Made by a program: the position numbers and the translations under genes
Notes under the pieces: model-generated
What the model was told of the DNA's origin: nothing
The model's database searches: none
The model's input: the letters and a program-made list of their open reading frames with translations, nothing else
Source of the DNA: an uncultured Bacilli bacterium
GTDB lineage: Bacteria; Bacillota_I; Bacilli_A; RF39; UBA660
Length of the DNA stretch: 64,000 bases
Assembly (NCBI GenBank): GCA_934098435.1
Contig: CAKOOV010000005.1
Coordinates: 16,750 to 80,749 of the forward strand
Reading direction: 5' to 3'
Shown here: positions 9,527-18,632 of the stretch, one piece after another
How the letters are laid out: every line of letters begins with the position of its first letter
Position numbering within the stretch: the stretch's first letter is position 1

Positions 9527-9739
9527 ATGGAAATAGCAGTTATTATTATATCAATATTATTAATAGCTATAGTTTTGCTACAAAGTGGCAAAGCTGAAAG
9601 TGCTTCACAAATAATTCAAGGTGGATCTTCTGATTTATTTGCTGAGAGAAAAGAGAGAGGTTTTGAGTTATTTATTACTAGAGTTACTTATATTTTAGGA
9701 GTACTTTTCTTTGTACTTTGTTTAATAATATCTTTATAG
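9527..9739 (+). CDS. secG: preprotein translocase subunit SecG
   Basis: 70 aa with two TM helices and an LLQSGKAE...GG motif. Conserved secG-rnr-smpB neighbourhood. Confidence 0.75.
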   Translation: MEIAVIIISILLIAIVLLQSGKAESASQIIQGGSSDLFAERKERGFELFITRVTYILGVLFFVLCLIISL

Positions 9740-9741
9740 TT

Positions 9742-9767
9742 AAGACTTAATTTTTTAAGTCTTTTTG
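9742..9767 (+). terminator. intrinsic terminator after secG
   Basis: AAGACTTAA-TTTT-TTAAGTCTT followed by TTTG. Confidence 0.65.
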
Positions 9768-9790
9768 TGTATAAAAAGAGGAGGGTTAGT

Positions 9791-11896
9791 ATGAAAGAGA
9801 TTATATTAGATAAGTTAAGAGATAATACTTCTCTTACTATTATGGAGTTAAATGATTTACTTGGTTTAACTACTATTGATGAATATAAAAGTTTACAAAA
9901 TACACTTGATGAAATGGTAAGTGATGGTATTCTTTATTATAGTGATAAGAAAAAGAAATATTTACTTTTAGAAAATAGTCATTTGGTAAAGGGAACTTTA
10001 TCATTAAATGAAAAGGGATTTGGTTTTATTATTATTAATAAGGATACTAAAGATGTTTATGTTAATGAAAAGAATATTAATGGAGCACAAGATGGTGACT
10101 TGGTTTTATTTGAATATTTAAATAAAGATAAAGAAAGACCTGAAGGTAGAATTATTAAAACTATTAAAAGGAATTATGAACCTTTGGTAGGAGAAGTTAT
10201 ATTAGTAGATGGTGAATACTTTGTTAAACCGGATAAAAAGGGAGCTAATATATATATTCCTAGGGATAATTTAAATGGTGCAGTAGAAGGTCATAAAGTA
10301 GTGGTTACTCCTTTAAAAGAGGGTAATAGAGTTGGTAAAATTACTAAGATTATTGGTCATAAGAACGATGTTGGTGTAGATATTTTATCTTTTGTTTATG
10401 AATATAATTTTAGTCCATCTTTTCCAGATGAGGTGGTAGAAGAATTAGATGATATTCCTTCTTATTTGACAGAAGAAGAAATTAATAAGGAATTATCTAG
10501 TGGCAGAAGAGATTTAAGAAGTGAAGAGATATTTACTATTGATGGATCTGATACTAAGGATATAGATGATGCTATTTCTTTATCTAAATTAGATGATGGT
10601 AAATATAAATTGGGAGTACATATAGCGGATGTTTCTTATTATGTTAAGGAAGGTACTAAATTAGATGATGAGGCATATTTTAGAGGTACTAGTGTATATT
10701 TAGTTGATAGGGTATTACCTATGCTTCCACATAAATTATCTAATGGTATATGTTCTTTAAATGAAAATGAAGATAGATTTGCATTTTCTTGTGAGATGAT
10801 TATTGATGATAAGGGAGATATTGGCCACTATGAAATATTTAAGTCTATTATTCGTAGTAGGAAAAAGATGACTTATGAAGAGGTTAATAAGATATTAGAG
10901 GAAAATACTACTAGTGAGGATTATAAACCATTTGAAAAGACTTTACTTTTAATGAATGAATTATCTAAGATATTAAGAAAAAAGATGATTCGTCGTGGTT
11001 ATATTGAATTTGAAAGTACTGAGGCTAAGATTAAAGTTGATGAAAATTGTCATCCTACTCATATTGAATCTAGAGTACAAAGAAGTGGTGAGGAACTTAT
11101 TGAGAACTTTATGATAGCCGCTAATGAAACGGTGGCATCATCTATATATTATAAGAATTTACCTGGTATATATCGTGTTCATGATAAACCTGATGAGAAG
11201 AGACTTGGTGAATTTATGAAGTTCTTATCTTTACATGGATATGTTGTTAATGGTAAAAATAAGATAGATAATCCTAAAGATTTACAACATATTCTTAGTC
11301 AATTAGAAGAGGTACCAGAGGTAAGAGTACTTCATGATATGGCTATTCGTAGTCAGGCTAAGGCTGTATATTCTGATATTAATATTGGACATTTTGGTCT
11401 TGGTAGTAAGTGTTATAGTCATTTTACTTCTCCTATTAGGAGATATCCAGATTTGATTTTACATAGGTTACTTAAGGATTATAATTATAATTATAGTGAT
11501 AGAATAATAAGTGAAAGAAAAGAGGAATTACCTATAGAATGTGAACATTGTTCAATTAGGGAACAAGAGGCTCAAAATTGTGAAAGAGATGTTGACAAGA
11601 TGAAGAAGGCTGAATATATGATGGATCATATTGGTGAAGTGTATGATGGTATTATATCAGGAGTACAAGAGTTTGGTTTCTTTGTTGAACTTGAAAATAC
11701 TATAGAGGGATTAGTTAAAGCTGAAAGTATTAAGGGAGATTATTATGTTTTTGATAATGATTTAATGGCTTTGATTGGTAAAAAGAGTAAGAAGAAATAC
11801 TCTTTTGGAGATAAGGTTAAAGTAAAAGTTACAAGGGCTGATAAAGATAGATCAGAAATTGACTTTGAAATATATGATGATAAAATAACTAAGTAG
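9791..11896 (+). CDS. rnr: ribonuclease R
   Basis: RNB motifs IDGSDTKDIDDAISL and HFGLG...YSHFTSPIRRYPDLILHR, plus a C-terminal S1-like domain. ATG 9791 follows a GAGGAGGG RBS. Confidence 0.9.
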   Translation: MKEIILDKLRDNTSLTIMELNDLLGLTTIDEYKSLQNTLDEMVSDGILYYSDKKKKYLLLENSHLVKGTLSLNEKGFGFIIINKDTKDVYVNEKNINGAQDGDLVLFEYLNKDKERPEGRIIKTIKRNYEPLVGEVILVDGEYFVKPDKKGANIYIPRDNLNGAVEGHKVVVTPLKEGNRVGKITKIIGHKNDVGVDILSFVYEYNFSPSFPDEVVEELDDIPSYLTEEEINKELSSGRRDLRSEEIFTIDGSDTKDIDDAISLSKLDDGKYKLGVHIADVSYYVKEGTKLDDEAYFRGTSVYLVDRVLPMLPHKLSNGICSLNENEDRFAFSCEMIIDDKGDIGHYEIFKSIIRSRKKMTYEEVNKILEENTTSEDYKPFEKTLLLMNELSKILRKKMIRRGYIEFESTEAKIKVDENCHPTHIESRVQRSGEELIENFMIAANETVASSIYYKNLPGIYRVHDKPDEKRLGEFMKFLSLHGYVVNGKNKIDNPKDLQHILSQLEEVPEVRVLHDMAIRSQAKAVYSDINIGHFGLGSKCYSHFTSPIRRYPDLILHRLLKDYNYNYSDRIISERKEELPIECEHCSIREQEAQNCERDVDKMKKAEYMMDHIGEVYDGIISGVQEFGFFVELENTIEGLVKAESIKGDYYVFDNDLMALIGKKSKKKYSFGDKVKVKVTRADKDRSEIDFEIYDDKITK

Positions 11897-11906
11897 GGGG
11901 ATATTA

Positions 11907-13973
11907 ATGGAAAATAGCATTATAGAATTACTAAGTAATAAAAGAAATAATAATTTAAAGGCTTTGGAAATAGCTAAAATATTAGGAAAAGATAAGGATG
12001 ATGTATTAGATACTTTAAGAATATTGGGAAAAGAAGGTATTGTATATAAGAATAATGATAGATATATGTTAGTATCTAATACTTCACTTAGAAAGGGTAT
12101 AATTAAGATTACTTCTAAAAGGGGTATAATTGTTGTATTAGAAGATGGTACAGAGTTAGATGTTGTATATAAAGATAAAGGGAAACTAAGAAATAATGAT
12201 ACTGTTTTAGTAGATTATGGTAGTCATAGGGGTGCTGCTAAGGTAGTTAAGATTATTGATAGGAAATACTATGATTATATTGCTGAAGTAGTAAAAGAAG
12301 GTAAGAAGTATATAGCTAGATGTGAAGATAAAGAAGATGTATATTTAAATGATATATATCCACTAGGAACTAAACTACTTATAAGTGGTGAAGATAATAC
12401 TATTAAAGAGGTATTAGGTCATAAAGATGATACTGGTATGTTAGAAAAAGAAGTACTAGCACTTAATGGTTTTCCTACTAGTTTTAGTGATAAGTATTTA
12501 GAAGAAGTAAGTGAGAAAGAGAAAGTATTATCAGAAGATAATATAATGTATGAAAAAAGAAATGGTTTAAAGGATCAAAGAGATATTGTATCTGTTACAA
12601 TAGATGGTGATGATACTAAGGATTTTGATGATGCTGTCTCCTATTATAATAATACTATTTATGTTCAAATAGCGGATCCTAATAGATATATTGAAGATAG
12701 GAGTGCTATGTGGGAAGAGACTTTAAAGAGAGCTATTTCGGTATATTTTCCTGGATGTTGTAATCCTATGATGCATGAGAGTTTATCTAATGGTATATGT
12801 TCTTTAGTACCAGGAGAGGATAGATATGCTCTATCTATGGGTATTAAGATAGATAATACTGGTAAAGTGGTAAATTATAAGATAAATGAAGCTGTAATAA
12901 ATAATAGAAAAAGAATGACTTATGGTGATGTTAATAAGTATTTAGAAGATAATATTGTTGTTTCTGGTTATCAGGAATATACTTCTTTATTAGATGATTT
13001 ATATATGTCTTCTATGAAGGTAAAGAAGAGAATGTTAGAGGATGGTTTCTTAGAGTTTTCTTCTGATGAGGTTAAGTTTTTAATTGAGAATAATACTATT
13101 ATTAATATTAAAGAAAGAAGACAGGGTAAGGCTGAAGAATTAATTGAATTTTTAATGCTTCTTCATAATATGTGTTTAACTGATTATTTCTTAAAGAATA
13201 AGTTACCTTTTATATCTAGATTCCATGATAGTCCGGATACTGATAAGTTAAATAGTTGGATTGGTTTACTTAAAAAGAGAGGATATAAAATTAATTTGGG
13301 TAAGAAGAAAGATTTTACTACTAATGATATTAAAGAGGTACAAAAAACATATACTGGTTCTAGAGAACAAATAATATATGATAAGATGGCTATTATGAGT
13401 CAATCTAAGGCTAAGTATTCCGCTAATAACTTAGGACATTATGCTTTAGGATTAGATGCTTATTCTACTGGTACTTCTCCTATAAGAAGATTATCTGATA
13501 CTATTAATGAAAGAGTAGTTAAAGATTCTCTTCGTTATGGTATTAATTATACTAAGAGAAAATGGGAAAAGATTACTCCTTATATTGCTAGAATAGCTAC
13601 TGATGCTGAACTTAGAGCTATTAAAGCTGAAAGAAAAGTAGATGATATTAGGAAAGCTGAATTTATGAAACAATATGAGAAAGAGGAATTTGAAGTTATT
13701 GTAGCAAGTGTTGGGGATAAGTATTTAACAGTATTATATCCTGATAATATGATATATGGTAGGTTATACTATAATGAGAGATATTTTCATCTTGGTAAAG
13801 ATGGTTATTCGATAGTAGGAGCTAATGGTGAAAAGATATTGATAGGGGATATGTTTACCGCTAAACTATCTAAGGTTAATACTGCTAATGGAGAAATTGT
13901 ATTTTCTAAGAAAATGAATGATGTTAAGAATAATTATGATAAAAGTTATAAGAAGAAGGTTAGAAGAAGATAA
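11907..13973 (+). CDS. second, diverged RNase R/RNase II-family (RNB domain) protein
   Basis: IDGDDTKDFDDAVSY and HYALG...YSTGTSPIRRLSD motifs, with the same overall architecture as the upstream rnr. Confidence 0.8.
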   Translation: MENSIIELLSNKRNNNLKALEIAKILGKDKDDVLDTLRILGKEGIVYKNNDRYMLVSNTSLRKGIIKITSKRGIIVVLEDGTELDVVYKDKGKLRNNDTVLVDYGSHRGAAKVVKIIDRKYYDYIAEVVKEGKKYIARCEDKEDVYLNDIYPLGTKLLISGEDNTIKEVLGHKDDTGMLEKEVLALNGFPTSFSDKYLEEVSEKEKVLSEDNIMYEKRNGLKDQRDIVSVTIDGDDTKDFDDAVSYYNNTIYVQIADPNRYIEDRSAMWEETLKRAISVYFPGCCNPMMHESLSNGICSLVPGEDRYALSMGIKIDNTGKVVNYKINEAVINNRKRMTYGDVNKYLEDNIVVSGYQEYTSLLDDLYMSSMKVKKRMLEDGFLEFSSDEVKFLIENNTIINIKERRQGKAEELIEFLMLLHNMCLTDYFLKNKLPFISRFHDSPDTDKLNSWIGLLKKRGYKINLGKKKDFTTNDIKEVQKTYTGSREQIIYDKMAIMSQSKAKYSANNLGHYALGLDAYSTGTSPIRRLSDTINERVVKDSLRYGINYTKRKWEKITPYIARIATDAELRAIKAERKVDDIRKAEFMKQYEKEEFEVIVASVGDKYLTVLYPDNMIYGRLYYNERYFHLGKDGYSIVGANGEKILIGDMFTAKLSKVNTANGEIVFSKKMNDVKNNYDKSYKKKVRRR

Positions 13974-13981
13974 TATATAGT

Positions 13982-14008
13982 AAAAGGAAGTCTTATGGAC
14001 TTCCTTTT
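13982..14008 (+). terminator. intrinsic terminator after the RNase R pair
   Basis: AAAAGGAAGTC-TTATG-GACTTCCTTTT. Confidence 0.6.
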
Positions 14009-14066
14009 AAGAAAAGAAAGATTTTACTGCAAATGAAATATCTTTCGGTAGGATAGTGAGGTATAT

Positions 14067-15269
14067 ATGAAGAGAAAAAGAAAAAAGAGGATATTACCTA
14101 AAATAATTATAGGATTATTATTAATAGTGGGTATATATTTTGGATATAATAAATTATTAAATAATCATAATAATATAAATAATGACAGTAAAGTAAATGT
14201 AGATAATAATAAGAGTACTTCGATTAGTCTTATTATGGCAGGAGATAATCTTATTAATGATAAACTATATAATGCCGCTAAAAAGGATGATGGTAGTTAT
14301 GATTTTAAGTCTATGTATAGTTATATTAAAGATATTGTTAAGAACTATGATTTAGCTTATTATAATCAGGAGACTATTTTAGGTGGTTCTGAAATAGGTG
14401 TATCTTCATATCCTGCTTTTAATTCTCCTTATGAAGTTGGTGATGCTACAATAGATACTGGTTTTAATTTGGTAAGTTTAGCTACTAATCATACTCTTGA
14501 TAGAGGTGAGAAGGCTATTATTAATTCTCTTAATTATTGGAATAATAAGAGTAATGTATTAACGTCTGGTAGTTATTTGTCTAATAATGATAGAAATAAA
14601 GTTAATATTAAAGAGGTAAATAATATTACTTATACTATGCTTAATTATACTTATGGTACTAATGGTATTAAAGTTCCTGAAGGTAAGGAATATTTAGTAA
14701 ATATATGGCCTTGTACTGGTAATAATCCAGATAATGATACTAAGTATCAAGAATATAAGAAGATAGTTAAGGAAGATATTTTAAGAGTTAGAGATAAAGT
14801 AGATTTACTTATAGTGGCAATGCATTTTGGAGTAGAATATACACATGTTCCTACTAAATATCAGATTGATATGGCAGAATTTTTATCTTCTTTAGGAGTA
14901 GATATAATTATAGGTACTCATCCTCATGTTATTATGCCTATAACATATATTAATGATACTTTAGTAATATATTCTTTAGGTAACTTTTTATCTGCTCAAG
15001 ATACTAATATTGATTATAATACTACTGTGGGATTATTAAGTAGTATTAAAATTACTAAGAATATAGATAAAGATAATAATTCTAGTATTAAGTTAAGTGA
15101 TTTAAATAATGAACTTATATATACTACTAATAAAGATGGATATAAAATTATTCCTTTTTCTAATCCTGATATTAAAGATTATCTTAATGACTATGAAAGA
15201 GTATATAATAAATATGCTAATATAGTTAGAAGTATAGATAGTAGTATTAATATTAATAGTTTAAGTTAG
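14067..15269 (+). CDS. CapA-family (PGA_cap metallophosphatase-like) membrane-anchored protein
   Basis: N-terminal TM, then MAGDNL, HFGVEY and GTHPHV motifs. Confidence 0.75.
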   Translation: MKRKRKKRILPKIIIGLLLIVGIYFGYNKLLNNHNNINNDSKVNVDNNKSTSISLIMAGDNLINDKLYNAAKKDDGSYDFKSMYSYIKDIVKNYDLAYYNQETILGGSEIGVSSYPAFNSPYEVGDATIDTGFNLVSLATNHTLDRGEKAIINSLNYWNNKSNVLTSGSYLSNNDRNKVNIKEVNNITYTMLNYTYGTNGIKVPEGKEYLVNIWPCTGNNPDNDTKYQEYKKIVKEDILRVRDKVDLLIVAMHFGVEYTHVPTKYQIDMAEFLSSLGVDIIIGTHPHVIMPITYINDTLVIYSLGNFLSAQDTNIDYNTTVGLLSSIKITKNIDKDNNSSIKLSDLNNELIYTTNKDGYKIIPFSNPDIKDYLNDYERVYNKYANIVRSIDSSININSLS

Positions 15270-15379
15270 ATAATGGAAAAATGTGATAATAGTATAAATT
15301 ATATATAAGTAGTTGAGTATATAATATTGTTAAAATATAGAAAATAATATATAATTATATATAGAAAAAGGTGATTACT

Positions 15380-15817
15380 ATGGAAATATTAAATAGAAAA
15401 GCAAGATATGATTATGAAATAGAAGATACTTATGAAGCTGGTATTGTTCTTACTGGTACAGAGATTAAATCAATAAGAATGGGTAAAGTAAATATTAAAG
15501 ATAGTTATGCTATTATTAGAAATAATGAAATTTATTTACTTAATACTCATATTTCTTTATATGAAGAAGGAAATAGATTTAATCATGATGAAGATAGAAC
15601 TAGGAAACTACTATTACATAAAAAAGAAATACTTAAATTAAAAGATAAATTAGAAATAGAAGGATATACATTAGTACCACTTAAAATATATTTTGTTAAG
15701 AATAAGGCTAAGGTTTTAATTGGAGTAGCTAAAGGTAAGAAGAATTATAATAAAAAAGAGACAATTAAAGAGAGAGATATTCAAAGAGAAATGGAAAAGA
15801 GTTTGAAATATAGATAA
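15380..15817 (+). CDS. smpB: SsrA-binding protein SmpB
   Basis: NRKARYDYEIEDTYEAGIVLTGTEIKSIR motif. ATG 15380 follows an AAGGTGA RBS. Confidence 0.93.
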   Translation: MEILNRKARYDYEIEDTYEAGIVLTGTEIKSIRMGKVNIKDSYAIIRNNEIYLLNTHISLYEEGNRFNHDEDRTRKLLLHKKEILKLKDKLEIEGYTLVPLKIYFVKNKAKVLIGVAKGKKNYNKKETIKERDIQREMEKSLKYR

Positions 15818-16113
15818 TGGATAGAGTAATAGATAAAACGAAACTACTTATTAAGGCTTTTGAAGATAGTGATATTATAAGAAATTTAGATCATTATAAA
15901 ACTTTAGTAGTTAATAATAAGAAACTGTTAGAATTAATAGATAAGTATAATAATAGTACTGATGACTATGAAAAGATATCTCTTAAAAAGGAAATATATA
16001 CATATCCAGAATATAAGGAATATATGAAATATTATAATGAACTTTTTTACTATGTTATGAATATAAATAATAGATTTAAAAAATATACTGATGTAAGAGG
16101 GTGCACTAAATGA
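15817..16113 (+). CDS. small helical protein, possibly YlbF/YmcA-like
   Basis: 98 aa; the helical repeat pattern and C-terminal Cys resemble YlbF/YmcA by eye only. Confidence 0.4.
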   Translation: MDRVIDKTKLLIKAFEDSDIIRNLDHYKTLVVNNKKLLELIDKYNNSTDDYEKISLKKEIYTYPEYKEYMKYYNELFYYVMNINNRFKKYTDVRGCTK

Positions 16114-16679
16114 GAGTAATAAGTGGTTATTTAAAAGGTAGAAATATTGATGGTTATGATACTATAGGTACTAGACCTACGATGAATAGGGTAAAAGAAT
16201 CTATGTTTGCAAGTATTCAAGAATATATAAATGATAGCTTAGTACTTGATTTATTTTCTGGTAGTGGCAGCCTTGGAATTGAAGCTATATCTATGGGAGC
16301 TAAGAAGTGTTATTTTGTTGATAATGGTAGAGAGATATTAAATATATTAAAGAAAAATATTAATAATCTTAATATTGAAGGGAAATCCACTATTATTAAT
16401 AAGGATTATAGAGAAGCCTTATTATATTTTAAAAATAATAATATTAAGTTTAATATTATTTTAGTGGATGCTCCTTATAAGATGGAAGCTATGAACGAGG
16501 TTATAGAATTAGTAAATAAATATGATCTACTAGAAGATAATGGAGTATTGGTATTAGAATATAGTACTGATATATTAAAAGATAATTATAGTAATCTTAG
16601 ATTACTTAAAAGTAAAAAATATGGTGATAAATATGTAAATATTTATATTAAGGTAACCAATAAATTATCAAAGTATTGA
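16110..16679 (+). CDS. rsmD: 16S rRNA (guanine966-N2)-methyltransferase RsmD
   Basis: R.ISG..KG....RPT..RVKES.F, LDLFSGSGSLGIEA and VDAPY motifs. Confidence 0.85.
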   Translation: MRVISGYLKGRNIDGYDTIGTRPTMNRVKESMFASIQEYINDSLVLDLFSGSGSLGIEAISMGAKKCYFVDNGREILNILKKNINNLNIEGKSTIINKDYREALLYFKNNNIKFNIILVDAPYKMEAMNEVIELVNKYDLLEDNGVLVLEYSTDILKDNYSNLRLLKSKKYGDKYVNIYIKVTNKLSKY

Positions 16680-16708
16680 TATAATTTATTTGTAATTTAA
16701 ATTACATT

Positions 16709-16758
16709 AAGAAGGCATTCCCATTCCGCTTGGAGGGGGGATGCCTTCTTATTTTCTT
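16709..16758 (+). terminator. intrinsic terminator after rsmD
   Basis: Long GC-rich stem AAGAAGGCATTCCC...GGGGATGCCTTCTT followed by ATTTTCTTT. Confidence 0.65.
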
Positions 16759-16789
16759 TAAAAAAATATAAATATTTATCTTGATATAA

Positions 16790-16818
16790 TTGACTAATAT
16801 TTTATTTTATGTTAATAT
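16790..16818 (+). promoter_or_regulatory. sigma-A-type promoter for the pilin gene
   Basis: TTGACT, 17 nt, TAATAT. Confidence 0.5.
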
Positions 16819-16849
16819 TATCTTATAAGATAGAGGAGGATTAATATAT

Positions 16850-17311
16850 ATGAAAAAATTAAATAGAAAAGGATTTACTTTAATAGAACTACTAGCAGTT
16901 ATCGTAATACTTGCTGTAGTATTAGTAGTAACTATACCATCAGTAATATCTTCAATGAATAAAGCAAAAGAAAGTCAACTTCAAAACGCTGCGGATACTG
17001 CAACAGAATGGTTTACTAAACAATATGAATTAGCTACTTTGGGTACTAATGCTGGCGATGTATCTAGCGTATATACTGCTTGGACTAGTGCTACTGGAAA
17101 AGGTAAGAGTTGGACTACAACTGATAGCGAATTGACAGAAACTGAATTAAAAGCTGCTGGTATTACTGATACTACTGGTTTGACTGGAACTGCTAAATTA
17201 ACGAATGGTAAAGTTTGTATTAAGCTTACTGCTGGTACTACTACTGATGGAAAAACAAGTCCATTTTATGTTAATGGTGGTAATAACACAGTTAATGGCT
17301 CAGGATGCTAA
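16850..17311 (+). CDS. type IV pilin / pseudopilin-like protein with prepilin N-terminal methylation motif
   Basis: MKKLNRKG|FTLIELLAVIVILAVV leader and hydrophobic helix, plus a C-terminal Cys pair (C...C). Strong AGAGGAGGA RBS. Confidence 0.8.
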   Translation: MKKLNRKGFTLIELLAVIVILAVVLVVTIPSVISSMNKAKESQLQNAADTATEWFTKQYELATLGTNAGDVSSVYTAWTSATGKGKSWTTTDSELTETELKAAGITDTTGLTGTAKLTNGKVCIKLTAGTTTDGKTSPFYVNGGNNTVNGSGC

Positions 17312-17320
17312 TAGCTAATT

Positions 17321-17347
17321 AAGAGGAGAAATCCTCTTTTTATTTTT
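17321..17347 (+). terminator. intrinsic terminator after the pilin gene
   Basis: AAGAGGA-GAAA-TCCTCTT followed by TTTTATTTTT. Confidence 0.7.
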
Positions 17348-17382
17348 GGTAAAATATAGTATAATATATTTGGGTGATAAGA

Positions 17383-18282
17383 ATGAGTTTGATAATAGGA
17401 AGTCATGTTTCTTATAAGAGTAATAATCAATTAGTGGGAAGTGCTCGTGAGGCTATTGGGTATGGGGCTAATACGTTTATGTTTTATACTGGTGCTCCAC
17501 AAAATACTAATAGGGGAGATATTAGGTCTGAATTTACGGATGAGGCTAAGAAGTTAATGGATGATAATGGGATTGATATTAATAATGTTATTGTTCATGC
17601 TCCTTATATTGTTAATTTGGCTAATATGAATAATTTTAATTTTTCTGTTTCTTTCTTAAAAGAAGAGGTAAAAAGATGTAGTACTTTGGGAATTAAATAT
17701 ATGGTTCTTCATCCTGGATCAGCGGTTAATGTATCTAGAATAGAGGCTATTGAAAATATATCTAAGGGTCTTAATTTGATACTTGATAATGATTATGATG
17801 TAAAAATATTACTTGAGACTATGGCGGGTAAAGGTAATGAGATTGGTAGATCTTTTGAGGAGATTAGGGATATTATTGATAAAATTAACGTTCCTGATAA
17901 AATAGGGGTATGTTTGGATACTTGTCATCTTAATGATGCGGGATATGATATTGGTAATTTTGATAATGTTCTTGATTTATTTGATAATATTGTTGGTATT
18001 GATAAAATATATTGTGTACATATTAATGATAGTATGAATGTTATTAATAGTCATAAGGATAGACATGCTAATATAGGCTTTGGTACTATTGGTTTTGATA
18101 ATTTGCTTAGTGTTATTTATAATAAGAGACTTAGTGATATACCTATGATATTAGAGACTCCTTATGTTACTAAGGATGATAATTCTAAAGAGAAGATATA
18201 TCCTCCTTATAAATATGAAATTGAAATGATAAGAAATAAGAAATTTGATAGTGAAATGATAAATAAGATAAGAGAAGGTTAA
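17383..18282 (+). CDS. nfo: endonuclease IV
   Basis: GANTFMFYTGAPQN, HAPYIVNLA, HPG, ETMAGKG, CLDTCH, HINDS and DRHANIG motifs. ATG 17383 chosen. Confidence 0.9.
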   Translation: MSLIIGSHVSYKSNNQLVGSAREAIGYGANTFMFYTGAPQNTNRGDIRSEFTDEAKKLMDDNGIDINNVIVHAPYIVNLANMNNFNFSVSFLKEEVKRCSTLGIKYMVLHPGSAVNVSRIEAIENISKGLNLILDNDYDVKILLETMAGKGNEIGRSFEEIRDIIDKINVPDKIGVCLDTCHLNDAGYDIGNFDNVLDLFDNIVGIDKIYCVHINDSMNVINSHKDRHANIGFGTIGFDNLLSVIYNKRLSDIPMILETPYVTKDDNSKEKIYPPYKYEIEMIRNKKFDSEMINKIREG

Positions 18283-18300
18283 TCTTCTCTTATCTTATTT
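18261..18300. terminator. 40-nt perfect palindrome spanning both stop codons of convergent genes (bidirectional terminator candidate)
   Basis: AAATAAGATAAGAGAAG-GTTAAT-CTTCTCTTATCTTATTT, with 17-bp arms. Confidence 0.6.
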
Positions 18301-18560
18301 GTAAAATTATCTATTATGTTTTTATATTTGGTTATTAGTTCTTCTATTTTGGTATATGTTAATGGTTTTACTTTATATTTTATTTCAGATAGTGTTTTCT
18401 CTATGGGGTAATAGATAATATTTTTATAGTTTGTTTTGATATAATTATATACTATGTCTAACTCTTCTTTATCTAATTTTATTCCTTGTTTTTGGGCATA
18501 GTTATTAATATCTTCTTTTGTTAATTTGCTTATGTATTCTTCTATTATTTTAATATTCAT
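18279..18560 (-). CDS. hypothetical protein (93 aa)
   Basis: GGTGAAATAATG RBS/start on the minus strand; no motif recognised. Confidence 0.5.
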   Translation of the reverse strand: MNIKIIEEYISKLTKEDINNYAQKQGIKLDKEELDIVYNYIKTNYKNIIYYPIEKTLSEIKYKVKPLTYTKIEELITKYKNIIDNFTNKIRED

Positions 18561-18632
18561 TATTTCACCTAATTTACTATATGTATATTTTTATTTTTTA
18601 TGATATAATAATAAATAGAGTGGAGGCTTTGT

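Noticed and set aside
9361-9591. 76-aa minus-strand ORF overlapping the secG 5' end.
   Set aside because: It spans a terminator, two family hairpins, the secG promoter and the secG start; there is no RBS and the composition is implausible.
13982-14008. Hairpin AAAAGGAAGT-CTTATGG-ACTTCCTTTT considered as a tenth member of the AG-AC..GG-CT family.
   Set aside because: It shares the CTTATGG loop core but lacks the AG/CT closing pairs and the tandem arrangement. It sits directly after a stop codon with a T-rich 3' arm, so it is adequately explained as an ordinary intrinsic terminator.
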